From the NCBI GenBank assembly GCA_012862495.1, contig BLSG01000316.1, forward strand, positions 91,933-155,932: 64,000 nucleotides of DNA, given 5' to 3'. The position numbers were made by a program, and so were the translations under genes. Of the stretch, positions 1 through 11,935 are shown piece by piece (positions within the stretch are counted from its first letter, which is position 1; the number at the start of each line of letters is the position of its first letter). The notes under the pieces are model-generated. The model searched no databases. It was not told the origin of the DNA and saw only the letters and a list, made by a program, of their open reading frames with translations. Source of the stretch: Thraustochytrium aureum (Eukaryota).

Positions 1-1201
1 ATGGCCGAGGTCAGCGGCGCGGACCTGATGGCCGACCCGCGTTCGCGGCCCAAGCGGACAGGGAATGGGAGGCGACGAAGAAGGAGATTAAGGACCGTGT
101 GCGGCAGTTTATCCCCAAGTTCAAACGCGACATTGAAGACAGGTATGTCGAGGCACTCTCTATCTACCTCAAGTACGAGCCGTTCAAGAAGGCCGGGCAG
201 TGGGACAACGCCTTCTACGTGCTTCACTTGTACCTGAACTGTGTTCTCGGCATGCTGCTGCACAGGCCGCGCTCAAAGTACGAAAAGCAAGCCAGGGAGG
301 TCCGCGAGACCCTCGAGGTCGTCGAGACCGAAATGGACGTTTGCATGCGCGGAATCAGGATGCAAATCATCGAAAAGCATCGACTGCGCTACATCAAGAG
401 CACCGAGGCCAGCGCTGCGGCCTCGCCACCACCAAGCGCACCGCCGGCGCCAACAGCGACTTCGCCGCGCGGCGTTGTCGCCGCGGCTGGCGGGCTCAAG
501 CGGTACTCGCAAGAGCAGATCCGCTCTGCAATGGACGCTCTGCGCCTGGACGGCAAGCGGACGAACCCAAGCCTCTACCGGCTAGACCTGGGCAAGCCGA
601 CGCTGAGCTCGGCAACAGCGCCGCCCGCCGGCCCAGCCTCGCCCGAGCGGCCCGCCCCCGTCGTACGGCGAGGCCACTGCTGGAGGCATGACAGGCTACT
701 TGAACACTCATCAGACCCGCAATTCGCTCAATCTCGCAAACGCTGGCTCATTCCGCGTCCAGCGCGTGTCCGGGGACGGCAACTGTGCGTTCCGCGCTAT
801 GGCGCAGGGCCGTCGGGGCGGGCGTCTAAGCCAGCAAGAGGAGCTCACAGCAGCGCTCGAGCTGCGCAAGGTGGTTGCGAACGAGCTCCGGCGTTGCGCT
901 GACGAAGAGATGACGGGGACGGGTCTCACCGTGGAGCAGCTCGTGCTCATGAAGGACGACAAGTTCCCCACCTTTTCAGAGTACATTGGGGCCATGTCGC
1001 GGTCCGAGTATGCAGGGGAAACAGAGTTTTTGGCTCTTGTCCCGCAAGCTGGGCTTTAACATCAGCATCTACCAGCCGAAGGGGGCTTCCTACGAGCACA
1101 TAATCACGTACGGCGACAGCCCCGGCGAGCCGGTCATGTTGCTTTGGCAGCGCGGCCGCACGGAGGCTGGCAACCACTACGACCTTTTGGTCAAGGCATG
1201 A
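1..1201 (+). CDS. OTU-family deubiquitinase with N-terminal AMSH/USP8-dimerisation (MIT-like) helical domain; three frame breaks (~38, ~655, ~1027)
   Basis: Joined frames read MAEVSGADLMADP|AFAAQADREWEATKK...RPAP|SYGEATAGG...VSGDGNCAFRAMAQ...EYAGETEF|WLLSRKLGFNISIY...AGNHYDLLVKA*. The OTU catalytic Cys box (GDGNC.FRA) and His box (NHYD) are intact. The breaks lie in CCC, CCCCC and TTTTT runs. Confidence 0.8.
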
Positions 1202-1273
1202 CGACTGGCGGGTTTCCCTCCCTCGAAACAACTGATTGAATATCTACTACATTCCACCGTCTCGGGCTCTCGC

Positions 1274-3612
1274 TCAGTCGTCGGCGCAAGCCACTTGATA
1301 GCACTGCGCATTCGTTGCAGAGCGACCCACGGTCAAAAGATCCCTGCCACTGTAGTACAATGTACACCGGTAATAAGCCCACGGCTGAGTCACACACTGT
1401 ACCCTACACAAACCGCCTGATCGCGGCACGCCTCGGAGCAAACGTGTACAGCATACACATCGCCCTGCGCGAGTCGGCCTTGGAAGCTGCACAGGGAGTC
1501 CCATCCAACCTTTCTCTCTTTCGTGTCCTTGCACGTTCGGCGTGTGTACAACGGTGTGGGCGCATGGGTCGGTCTCGACGTCGGCGCACCAGTTGGCTGC
1601 AAGGTCGTCGGTCTCGACGTCGGCGCACCAGTTGGCCGCAGGGTCGTCGGNNNNNNNNNNNNNNNNNNNNNNNNNNNNNNNNNNNNNNNNNNNNNNNNNN
1701 NNNNNNNNNNNNNNNNNNNNNNNNNNNNNNNNNNNNNNNNNNNNNNNNNNNNNNNNNNNNNNNNNNNNNNNNNNNNNNNNNNNNNNNNNNNNNNNNNNNN
1801 NNNNNNNNNNNNNNNNNNNNNNNNNNNNNNNNNNNNNNNNNNNNNNNNNNNNNNNNNNNNNNNNNNNNNNNNNNNNNNNNNNNNNNNNNNNNNNNNNNNN
1901 NNNNNNNNNNNNNNNNNNNNNNNNNNNNNNNNNNNNNNNNNNNNNNNNNNNNNNNNNNNNNNNNNNNNNNNNNNNNNNNNNNNNNCTTGCCGACGGCCCT
2001 GGCGTCGGTTTCTTGCTCGGCGATCTTGATGGTGTTTGCGTCGGGCGTGGAGAAGTTGGGCCGACAGAGGGCCGCAACGACGGACTCGTTGAAGGCGCCA
2101 ATGTCGCTACAACCGGGCTTGCCACGGGCGGGGTCGGCGATCGCGTCGGAGCAGCAACTGGCGCGGCGGTCGCTGCCCCCGGAAGCAAGCCAAGGCCCCG
2201 CGGCAGCAGTGAGCAATTCGTCGAGACGTCCGCAACTTGCGCAGCGCCATCCTGCACGCAAACAGCCCGATCGTCGTTCGCTGGCCGCAACAGCGCCGTC
2301 CCGTCCGCCGCAAACTCGAGCGAAAACGAAGTAACCAGGCTGGGTCCACCCTGGAGCATGCGGGATTGCAGGCGGCGGCCTGACGGCCCCGCTGTGGCCC
2401 CGTTGCGGCCCAGAAGACGACGCCCTCGTTCAGTTCAGCGACGAGCTGGAGCGGCTCGTCCACGAGCCTCACTTCGATGGAGCTCGCATCGCCCTCTGCC
2501 TCCCGCAGGAGAAGAAGCGTGCCCGGAGCGCGCGCGGCTTGCTCAGCACCAGCCAGGACCTCGACAACTGTGCGAGTGTTGTCCTCGTTTTGGCGCCCAA
2601 TGAAGAGCGTCGGGGATTCTCCTACTTGGAATGTCGCGAGCCCGTCAAGGGGCGGGCACTGCGGGGCGGACGCGGCGGTCGATTCCTTGACGAGAAGGTC
2701 CGCAACAGAGGATTTTTGCGGCGAGGCAGCCAGCGCGCTCTCTAGGAAAGCGCCACACCCGGCAAACGCATCGAGCGGCAGTGCCGGGTTTCCGCACTGG
2801 AGCGGGCGGAAGGCAACGAGCACGCCAGCCTTGGTTGTCGCCTGGAGCACGCAGCACTCGTTCTCGTCGCAAGACCACTTGGAGCTTGCTGTGGCGCCGA
2901 GCACAGCTTCGTTGGGAATTGAGCAGAAAAACTCGCTCCGCACCCCGTTATCAAGCTCGCATGGCAGCCTCTCCCCGGCGCCTGCATCAATGCTGCCAGT
3001 CTGGGGGTCTGCTTCATCACCGCCGCTCAACACGACGCCGAGGACTACGACAAGGGCAAAGAGCAGCAACAAGCCGCAAAATGCGGCCCAGAAACGCTTG
3101 AGCTGCCAGTACTCGCGCTGCGCGCGGCCCTCGGTCGAGTTGTCCGAGACTTGGAAAGCTTCGTGCGGTTTTTCAAGGTCTGTCTCGTACGCAGATTGTC
3201 CCTTGGGTACTGTCGTTGTTGCACTGATGCGGGGATCGGAATCTGGCACAGGTAGCGCATCGGAGTACTCTGCCGGCACGGCGTCGGAGTATTCCGCCGG
3301 CACGGCATCGGGATATTGCGCCAGCTCCGCGTACTGCACCGGTTTCGGGGCCAGCGCGGGCTTGCGCGCCAAAGGCGGAGCTTCGATTGCAGCGCTCGCC
3401 ACACATCCGTCTCGTCTATCATGGGTGGCACTCGGCTCTTGGTCAAGCTCTGGGCCTTCGCCAAGCAGACCACATTGCACGAGCGTTGTGACGAGGAAAG
3501 CCTGCTCGGGCTCGTCGGCAAGGTCAGCGACGTAGATTGACGTTGCGTGACTCTGCATGCGACGGCTCTGCCCAACAAAGGGCAACACCTTTGGCCCGCC
3601 ACTGCGAGCCAC
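1274..3612 (-). CDS. Type II membrane protein with PT (Pro-Thr) repeat stalk and C-terminal Cys-rich PAN/apple-like domain; spans an N-gap, frame breaks ~2400 and ~1395
   Basis: TM segment RFWAAFCGLLLLFALVVVLGVVLSGG and an RRLQ motif. PTRSPT/PSTSPS/PTGAPTSRPT repeats flank the gap. The C-terminus reads CSEACRDQAVCVGYS|VTQPWAYYRCTLYY...QCYQVACADD*. The start codon is uncertain. Confidence 0.6.
1566..1650. repeat. Coding tandem repeat (PTTL[RQ]PTGAPTSR units) running into an N-gap
   Basis: GTCGGTCTCGACGTCGGCGCACCAGTTGG occurs twice, immediately before the gap. Confidence 0.85.
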
Positions 3613-4485
3613 ACTCGCGCGCCCCTCCTCCGGCGCAGCGCTGCATTGCGACTCGAATCTGGCCANNNNNNNNNNNNNNNNNNNNNNNNNNNNNNNNNNN
3701 NNNNNNNNNNNNNNNNNNNNNNNNNNNNNNNNNNNNNNNNNNNNNNNNNNNNNNNNNNNNNNNNNNNNNNNNNNNNNNNNNNNNNNNNNNNNNNNNNNNN
3801 NNNNNNNNNNNNNNNNNNNNNNNNNNNNNNNNNNNNNNNNNNNNNNNNNNNNNNNNNNNNNNNNNNNNNNNNNNNNNNNNNNNNNNNNNNNNNNNNNNNN
3901 NNNNNNNNNNNNNNNNNNNNNNNNNNNNNNNNNNNNNNNNNNNNNNNNNNNNNNNNNNNNNNNNNNNNNNNNNNNNNNNNNNNNNNNNNNNNNNNNNNNN
4001 NNNNNNNNNNNNNNNNNNNNNNNNNNNNNNNNNNNNNNNNNNNNNNNNNNNNNNNNNNNNNNNNNNNNNNNNNNNNNNNNNNNNNNNNNNNNNNNNNNNN
4101 NNNNNNNNNNNNNNNNNNNNNNNNNNNNNNNNNNNNNNNNNNNNNNNNNNNNNNNNNNNNNNNNNNNNNNNNNNNNNNNNNNNNNNNNNNNNNNNNNNNN
4201 NNNNNNNNNNNNNNNNNNNNNNNNNNNNNNNNNNNNNNNNNNNNNNNNNNNNNNNNNNNNNNNNNNNNNNNNNNNNNNNNNNNNNNNNNNNNNNNNNNNN
4301 NNNNNNNNNNNNNNNNNNNNNNNNNNNNNNNNNNNNNNNNNNNNNNNNNNNNNNNNNNNNNNNNNNNNNNNNNNNNNNNNNNNNNNNNNNNNNNNNNNNN
4401 NNNNNNNNNNNNNNNNNNNNNNNNNNNNNNNNNNNNNNNNNNNNNNNNNNNNNNNNNNNNNNNNNNNNNNNNNNNNNNNNNNNNN

Positions 4486-5285
4486 GTCCGAGCTCCACGC
4501 CAGCGCTGATTTCCGTTCCGGCGATCCCTTTGCGGATGAGCTTGCGCCGGGTCATGGTTTGCGTTGCTAGAGATAGGAACGCGTCGCCGACCTGCCCGTG
4601 CGTCGCGGTGGTCTCGGCACCCGACCCAAGGTCTGCGATCCGCGCCATGTACGAACTAAGCTTGAAGGTCTTGAGATCGACCGTCTTGACCCCAGTCCGC
4701 GCTCGCGGGTAGGCCGACCGCGGACTGCACCTGTTCGATGTAGTGCAAGTAGACGCGGTCAACAACAGCGTCGGGCGCGTCCCCGAGGCTGGAGGCCCCG
4801 AACTCGGCCGCGGCGCCGACAGCGTGCGTGGTTTTCTCGAGGTCGCGTAGCGCCGCGCTGCACTCATCTGCGGCCTGCGCCATCTCTAGGTCTGTTGTGC
4901 GCAGCACGATGACGCGGTCCAGCGTGGCCGCTTGCTCGCCGTCCTGTTCCTCCGCGGCGCGCGCCTCGCGCTGCTCGCGCTGCAGCGCCAGCCTGCGCAC
5001 CAAGCCGGCCCCTACCCTCGTCAGCCCATCCACGACGCGGCGCAGAGCGCCAGCCCCGCCTTCCTGCGCATGCACCATTTCGCTGAGCGCGACCAGCAGG
5101 CCGTCCTTTGCGTCCTGCACCACCTCCGCGACGCCATCCAGGACCTCCCGGTCATCGGGCGCCATTTCCGCGCTCGCCTCCTTGATCACCGCCAACAGTG
5201 CATCTGCGAGCGCATTCGCCTCATTCCACGCCGCGTCCTCGGCCCTGTTCTCCACGACCGCGGCCAGGTCGCCGCCGGCGTCCAT
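4486..5285 (-). CDS. Hypothetical alpha-helical/coiled-coil protein, 3' end in N-gap, frame break ~4695
   Basis: MDAGGDLAAVVENRAEDAAWNEANALADALL... with a heptad-like Ala/Glu-rich composition. It continues as VKTVDLKTFKLSSYMARIADLG after a GGGG run. Confidence 0.55.
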
Positions 5286-5578
5286 CGCGGGACGTGGCGA
5301 GCGTCGCGCCAGGACCCGGGCGCGCACGCTATCTCGCACGGAAGCGCGCGGCCGCCGCACTGGCTGCCAGGTCCACGACCTGCGGCTACTCTTCCTCTCG
5401 CCCTCTCTGGCGCGCGCCTTCGACGGCCGCCTGGACGCGTTCGGAGTCTGCTGAGCGCCTGTCGGTCGTCGCGTTCGCACACCAACAACAACAAGGACAT
5501 GAACGATGACGGCCCTGCTCGCGCCCGCGAGGCCGCTTGCTGGCTCAACCGCAGCGCGATCCACGGACGCGCTCGCGG

Positions 5579-5660
5579 GGCTGGCTGGCTCTTGCTGGCT
5601 GGATGCGTGGCTGGCTGGCTGGCTGGCTGGATGGCTGGCTGGATGGATGCGTGGATGGAT
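5579..5660. repeat. (GGCT)n/(GGAT)n microsatellite upstream of the minus-strand gene at 5285
   Basis: Direct reading of GGCTGGCTGGCT...GGATGGATG. Confidence 0.85.
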
Positions 5661-6538
5661 ACGTGCGAGTTGGAACGCGCTCGTTACCCGCCCACAACAA
5701 CTAACTCTGCCGCACAGACCTCGCGCGAAGCTGCTGCTGCGGCTGCTGCTGCGGCTGCGGCTGGTTGGCTCGGAGGAGCCTGCTTCCTCCTGCGGCGAGC
5801 GCGCTTCGGAGCGCGAGCAGACGATGAATGATGCTGGCTTGCTTCTACCTACTAGCCAGTACTCGACAGAGGCCGGTGACGACTCGTGATGGACCTGGAT
5901 GGGCGATCTTCATCGGCCCGCGGGGCTCTCATCAGTCGGCGAATCACGCTACGCGGCGCGTGTCAGGAGCTCGTGCACTCGCAGGACACGTTGTTCAGCG
6001 CGGCAAAACAGCCGCCGCGGACGGGATCGGCCGGCGACGCTGGCCGCCACCCGACGGACCCCACTTGTCTGCTCACGCCTCCATGTCAGTACTTAGCTAC
6101 GTTGGGCCGCGCCTGGTGCGGCGAGCCAAGCAGCGCGCCATGCACGCCCGCGCTGACCACCGCTGACAGCCCTCGTGCGCGCTGACGCCAGGCTGGGTCG
6201 GACTCCCCTGGGCCTGTCCCACCTCGGTGCTTGCTNNNNNNNNNNNNNNNNNNNNNNNNNNNNNNNNNNNNNNNNNNNNNNNNNNNNNNNNNNNNNNNNN
6301 NNNNNNNNNNNNNNNNNNNNNNNNNNNNNNNNNNNNNNNNNNNNNNNNNNCGGTGCTTGCTCGAACGTCTCGCGCGGCGAGCAGGCCTCGAGCTGCGCCC
6401 AGACGCTCGCTCACGCTCTCTCTGCGGCACGACGCGCCGCGCTGCGCGGCGGGGGTGGGCGCGCCTCGACCCGGCGCTGCGCGTCGCTCGCTCTAGCTAG
6501 CTAGCTTGCTCGAGAGAGGTCTTTGATCGAGTCGCGAG

Positions 6539-7591
6539 ATGGACGCCGCCCTGCTCAAGCGCGCGCTGGGACCCAAGCCCAGCGCCCAAGTGTTCTGCAA
6601 GGCCGTCCAGGGCGGGGGCGAGGGCGAGTTTTTCGAGCCCCTGGTGCCCCAAGAGGTGGGCGAAACGGTTGCCGAGTTCGTCGCGGCAGGGCGGGAAAGG
6701 CGGGTGACTGACGCTCTCGACCGCCTCGACCTTGTCCCGGTCGGCGCCACGCCTGAGCAGATGCGGCTCGTGCAGGAGGCTCGCAGCATGATCAGCGCCT
6801 TTCTGGCCCCAGTGCGCGTGACGGTTCGCCAGGTCAAGGCGCTCGGGGACCCGAGCAGGCTCCGACTATTTCGCGACGCAAACGATCCCAGTCGCCAACT
6901 CGACGGCGACCAGGTCCTGCAGAGCCTGGAGCGCGATCTTGACCATGGCGCAGCGTTCACGCTTGCGGTCTGTTTTTCGCCGTGCAAGGAGAGATCCGAG
7001 GATCCATCGAAGCGTGTCATGCGGTCCCGCAACGCTGCAGTTGGCCTGTTCTGCGCGGCGGGGCTGGAGGGCCGAGGGTTCATCCTCGAAGCTCGCCGCG
7101 CAGCGCTTGCAGAGTGGAGCGGGATGGCACCGTGCGGCTACTTTGTGTGCGCGATGAACCGCACCCGGCGGAGGAGCGCCCCGGACGTGCTTTGCCCGAT
7201 TTGTTTGAGGAAGCTCAGTCTCGCGGTCGGTGGCGGGACCTTCGACGTCGTTGCACGGTACGTTGAGCTGTTCCGCCAGTGTGCCTCGCCCGGCTGGGGC
7301 CCCGACGCGCAGTGGATCGCAGAGCGCTTGGCCTACCTCGGCGAGTTTGCGTTTCTCGACCAGCTCGCTTCCATTCCAGCAGCGCGCATCGAGAGCGTCG
7401 CGCTGAGTGTTGAGAGCGGCCCGCACCCACACGGCCGCGAGGCGTTGCCTCACGTTGGCACACAGCGGCAACTCGCGACGGGCAAGGGGATTGCGTCTGC
7501 GGAGGCGGAGGAGGCGAGCAGAATGCGCAGCGACCTCTCAACCCTCAAAGCTCGCATGGGCCGCGCCGCGAAGGGGCCGACGTTCGGCTAG
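6539..7591 (+). CDS. Archaemetzincin (peptidase M54)-like protein, catalytic zinc motif degenerate
   Basis: QLDGDQVLQSL...AAFTLAV and G-x-x-x-C-x4-C-x-MN...LCPICLRKL...FDVVARYVEL match the archaemetzincin pattern. HExxHxxGxxH is replaced by AALAEWSGMAP. Confidence 0.7.
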   Translation: MDAALLKRALGPKPSAQVFCKAVQGGGEGEFFEPLVPQEVGETVAEFVAAGRERRVTDALDRLDLVPVGATPEQMRLVQEARSMISAFLAPVRVTVRQVKALGDPSRLRLFRDANDPSRQLDGDQVLQSLERDLDHGAAFTLAVCFSPCKERSEDPSKRVMRSRNAAVGLFCAAGLEGRGFILEARRAALAEWSGMAPCGYFVCAMNRTRRRSAPDVLCPICLRKLSLAVGGGTFDVVARYVELFRQCASPGWGPDAQWIAERLAYLGEFAFLDQLASIPAARIESVALSVESGPHPHGREALPHVGTQRQLATGKGIASAEAEEASRMRSDLSTLKARMGRAAKGPTFG

Positions 7592-7767
7592 TCCCCGAGT
7601 GCCACCACAACTCTAGAGCATAGTGTAAAAAACTTGGCTCGCACGGCGTTCAACGAGTTGATTGTGGCTGCGAGATACTACCTACTAATAGGAAACGACT
7701 GGCGCAACCGACAAGAACGTCGCGGCGACGCAACAGGCTTTGGAGCGTCGCGAGCCGGCGGCGCGCT

Positions 7768-8689
7768 CTAAGTTGACGTTGAGAGGACGAAGTCGAGAAC
7801 TGCGTCGAGCTTGGCGCCGCCCTCCTTGACGCTGGCCTCACAAAACTCGACCTCGCAGCCCGCGTCGCTGTCAAACTCGAACGGCGCGCCCTCGGTACCG
7901 AGCATGATCTCAGAGCCCTCTGCCCCCTCTGTCTCCAGCGAGTGCCGCGTCGTCTTCAGGCTGTCCAGCTCCTTCTCGAGGAGCGCCTTGATCGCCGCCG
8001 GGTCGCGGGCGCCGGGCAGGTCCTGCTTGTTGCAGGCAACGAGCACGCGCGGCGAGCGGCCCGAGCGAATAAACTCGGAAAACACGTCGTACATGAGCTC
8101 GGCCAGCTCGACGATCATGGCAGGGCTCTTGTCGGCGCTGTCCACGACAAAGACGACCTTGCCGGCCTTTCCGAGCACGAGCGGGAGATCCCCGCGGAGC
8201 CGTGCGTGGCCAGGAAAGTCAACAACTTGGCGCGCCCTGACCTCGTTGGTCTGCCCCACAGCGATGCGAAGCAGTTGGCTGTTGGGCTCCATGGACGTGA
8301 CACATTCGGGAAACTCGTCCGCCTTGCTTCGCTCGCACAGACCCCACCCAGCCGTCAGCAAACACCGGCCCGCGCCGGTCCACCGCGGCGCGCTCGCCAC
8401 CGGGCCCCAACTTACAGCCTGAAGAACATGCACGTCTTGCCTGCGCCGCACAGGCCCAGAGCACAACCGCGCCGCCTCTGGCCTTCTGCTTCCTGGCCTC
8501 GATCCTATTATCCAGCATCCTGCCGACCAGATTGGACAGCAGGAGCATCAGCACGCCCGTCAGCATCGTCACGGCCAGGAGCGCCGACTGCTCGGGCACG
8601 CCGAGCCAGACCGCCACCTCCTCCGCTGCCAACAGCGCATCACTTGCCCACCACGGCAGCATGTTCCGCAGCGTCGGCGACGCGGCCAT
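7768..8689 (-). CDS. SRPRB: Signal recognition particle receptor subunit beta (small GTPase with N-terminal TM); intron 8327-8415, frame break ~8457
   Basis: An N-terminal TM is followed by the P-loop LGLCGAGKT, then VTSMEPN, VVDFPGHARLR, VVFVVDS and ACNKQDL. The intron reads GTAAG...GCTGAC...AAG and restores the frame (RL|KADEF). Confidence 0.9.
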
Positions 8690-9676
8690 CTTCCCCTCCT
8701 CCTGCTCCTGCTGCCGCTCCTGCNNNNNNNNNNNNNNNNNNNNNNNNNNNNNNNNNNNNNNNNNNNNNNNNNNNNNNNNNNNNNNNNNNNNNNNNNNNNN
8801 NNNNNNNNNNNNNNNNNNNNNNNNNNNNNNNNNNNNNNNNNNNNNNNNNNNNNNNNNNNNNNNNNNNNNNNNNNNNNNNNNNNNNNNNNNNNNNNNNNNN
8901 NNNNNNNNNNNNNNNNNNNNNNNNNNNNNNNNNNNNNNNNNNNNNNNNNNNNNNNNNNNNNNNNNNNNNNNNNNNNNNNNNNNNNNNNNNNNNNNNNNNN
9001 NNNNNNNNNNNNNNNNNNNNNNNNNNNNNNNNNNNNNNNNNNNNNNNNNNNNNNNNNNNNNNNNNNNNNNNNNNNNNNNNNNNNNNNNNNNNNNNNNNNN
9101 NNNNNNNNNNNNNNNNNNNNNNNNNNNNNNNNNNNNNNNNNNNNNNNNNNNNNNNNNNNNNNNNNNNNNNNNNNNNNNNNNNNNNNNNNNNNNNNNNNNN
9201 NNNNNNNNNNNNNNNNNNNNNNNNNNNNNNNNNNNNNNNNNNNNNNNNNNNNNNNNNNNNNNNNNNNNNNNNNNNNNNNNNNNNNNNNNNNNNNNNNNNN
9301 NNNNNNNNNNNNNNNNNNNNNNNNNNNNNNNNNNNNNNNNNNNNNNNNNNNNNNNNNNNNNNNNNNNNNNNNNNNNNNNNNNNNNNNNNNNNNNNNNNNN
9401 NNNNNNNNNNNNNNNNNNNNNNNNNNNNNNNNNNNNNNNNNNNNNNNNNNNNNNNNNNNNNNNNNNNNNNNNNNNNNNNNNNNNNNNNNNNNNNNNNNNN
9501 NNNNNNNNNNNNNNNNNNNNNNNNNNNNNNNNNNNNNNNNNNNNNNNACTTGCGACTGCAGCCGCGGCCCGCCATCGACCCAGGCGTCCGTCCACACACA
9601 ACAGAAAAACAGCAATTATCTCCGTTCGAGCCCAGTCCTCCCGCCCCGGCGCAGGTGTCTAGTCCCCTACATCACT

Positions 9677-11935
9677 TCATATCCTTAGCCTCTTGATGTC
9701 GTCGCTCTTGAAGTCGCCGCGCAAGGCTAGCACGCGCTTCACCTCGCGCGCAGCCAGGCCGTTCGAAACCTCAGAGTAGACGTCATGGACGTCCTCAACG
9801 CGATCCAAATTCAGCAGGCCCGAGATTTGCTCAAGGCGTCGAAAGTGCACCCTGCAAGGGCCCCCAAAGCGCGCGTCGAAGAACTTGACGATGTCGCGGA
9901 GCTGTTTGTCGAGCATGAGCGCGCCGAACGGCGAAAACGACTTGCGCACAACGGCGTGCTCGACGCCGCGCGCCACGAAGGCGGCGACGCGCAATCCGAT
10001 CTGGGCGGCGTTGCCCAGGTCGAGGTGCTCGTTTGTCCGCGATATGACCTCGTCCGCGAGCTGGAGAAGGGCCCCAAAACATAAGGGTCTGCCCCAGCGG
10101 CGTGCGAGTGGTACTCGTCAGCGGTGACGTCAAAGACGACGGCGGGGCTCCCAAGCGACGAGTCCATCTGGTCGCGGAGCCGCGGCTTGACGAGGTTGAC
10201 GAGGCGGTCCAGGCCCGTGCCGCACGTGCGGCGAAACGCCTCTGAGGTCTCGAGCAGGCCGTCGGCGCAGTTTTTCAGCATGACGCGATGCCGCTCGTCT
10301 GGAAGCGCCTCGGCAAAGGACTCGAGGTCAGCGCGAAGCTTGTCGGTGTTTCGCGCGCAAAGGGCGGTGCTGTTCAACACTGTCTCGGGCTCTGCGAGCG
10401 CATCTGCGTTGGAGGACCCGGCCGCGGCGCCGCCGGAGCCGTCCTCGCCGAAGCCACCGCCGCGCTTGGAGCGCGATGGCGAGGCTGTTGACGAAAGTGC
10501 CTGCGCTTGCGAGATGGCTAGGCCGCGAAGGCGGTCCAGCTGTTCTTGGCCCTGCGCGCTGAGCGACTGGGCGTCCTCGCGGATGGACTGGACGCGGCGC
10601 GCTAGCTCGGCGACGAGCCTGTCCTCGAGAGCGCGAACCGTGTTGTTGACGACTGCGCAGGTGCTGTCGACGTGGTTGGTCGTCTTGGCGCGGTCGATAC
10701 ACTTGCCGATTACGTAGAACGAGTCCTCGGCGATGCTCGAGACGGTCACTTGCTTGGTGCGCAGGTCCTCCTCTGCTGCGTTGTCGCCAACGACCTGTGC
10801 ATCTGCCGCAGAGCAGAGGTGCTCGAGCGGGACCTCTTGCTCAAACGCGGTGGCGAGCGCCGCGGACATGTAGGCTTCCTCGAGGACCGCATAGCATCCA
10901 GCCAGCTCGTGGACGACGTTGATGTATCTGCCTTGAAGCTCGGCGCGGCCTCGCCTTCGCCGCCTGCGGCAGCCTGCGCCTCGGCATGGCGGGACTGGAT
11001 AAAGTGGTTGTAGGTCTCGGTGTGCTTGAGCGTGAGCGCGAGGTCGTCCAGTAGCGTGTCGAGCGCGAAGAGCGCCTCGGCGGGGCCGTCGTCTGCCGCG
11101 GTCCAGGACTGCGAGCCGAGCGCCATCACCTCGGCGAGCCTCTCCGGGCGGCCGCGGATGAGGCGAACGCGCTCCTCGAGTTTGTGCGTTTCAGAAAACA
11201 TGCGCAAGATGCGCGTGATGAGCTTGTCGCACTCCGAGTGGATCGAGGATACAACGAGGCCTTGCAGTGCCAGATCGGGCGAAATGCTGCGGCGCACGAC
11301 GGCGCTCGTGTGCTGGATCATGCCTGCTCCCTGGTTGATCAGGTAGACGAGCAGGTCCAGGAACGACTTGCTTTGTCCCACCCCGTCTGCGTCCTCCTCC
11401 TCGGCGCCGTACTCGGGCCTCGAAAAGCTGGGGCTCGATTGCGCAGCCGTGAGCTCGACCTCGATCAGGACGTCCTTGCGCAGCTGCTCGCACCTGTATT
11501 GCAGAAGGCGCGAGACGCCCTCGCGCGCCTTGCCGAGCTTTGCGAAAATACGGCAGCCCTTCAGCACCATGTCGTCGTCCCGCGCTGCGATGGCGCGATT
11601 TAGTGCGTCAAGCACGGCCGCGCCAAGTTCGTCTTCGCAGGCGCGAAGTTCGGCGTCCGCCTTGCCGTCTTGCGTGTCGGGTTCGGCGAGGGAGGCGCCA
11701 GCGGCGGCGGCGCCCTCGCTCTGGCGGAAGCGGAAAACGTGCTCTGACGCAGCCTCAAGCTCTCCCTTGGCCATGCTCTCCTTGACGCCCTTGAGGCAGG
11801 CGCGCAGGTCCATGACGCGCTTCACCTTGCCTAGCGCAAGGAGGGCGCGCGACCGCGCAAGGTCGATCTCGCGTACTCGGCGGCTCACAACGTCGGCCAT
11901 CTCGCGCGTCTCCGTGATGCGCTCGTCGAGCCTCG
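9677..11935 (-). CDS. COG4: Conserved oligomeric Golgi complex subunit 4, 5' end in N-gap; frame breaks ~10925 and ~10075
   Basis: ADVVSRRVREIDLARSR...VMDLRACLKGV; HELAGCYAVLEEAYM; EDSFYVIGKCIDRA; VKPRLR; C-terminus FSPFGALMLDKQLR...FRRLEQISGLLNL...LALRGDFKSDDIKRLRI*. Confidence 0.88.
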
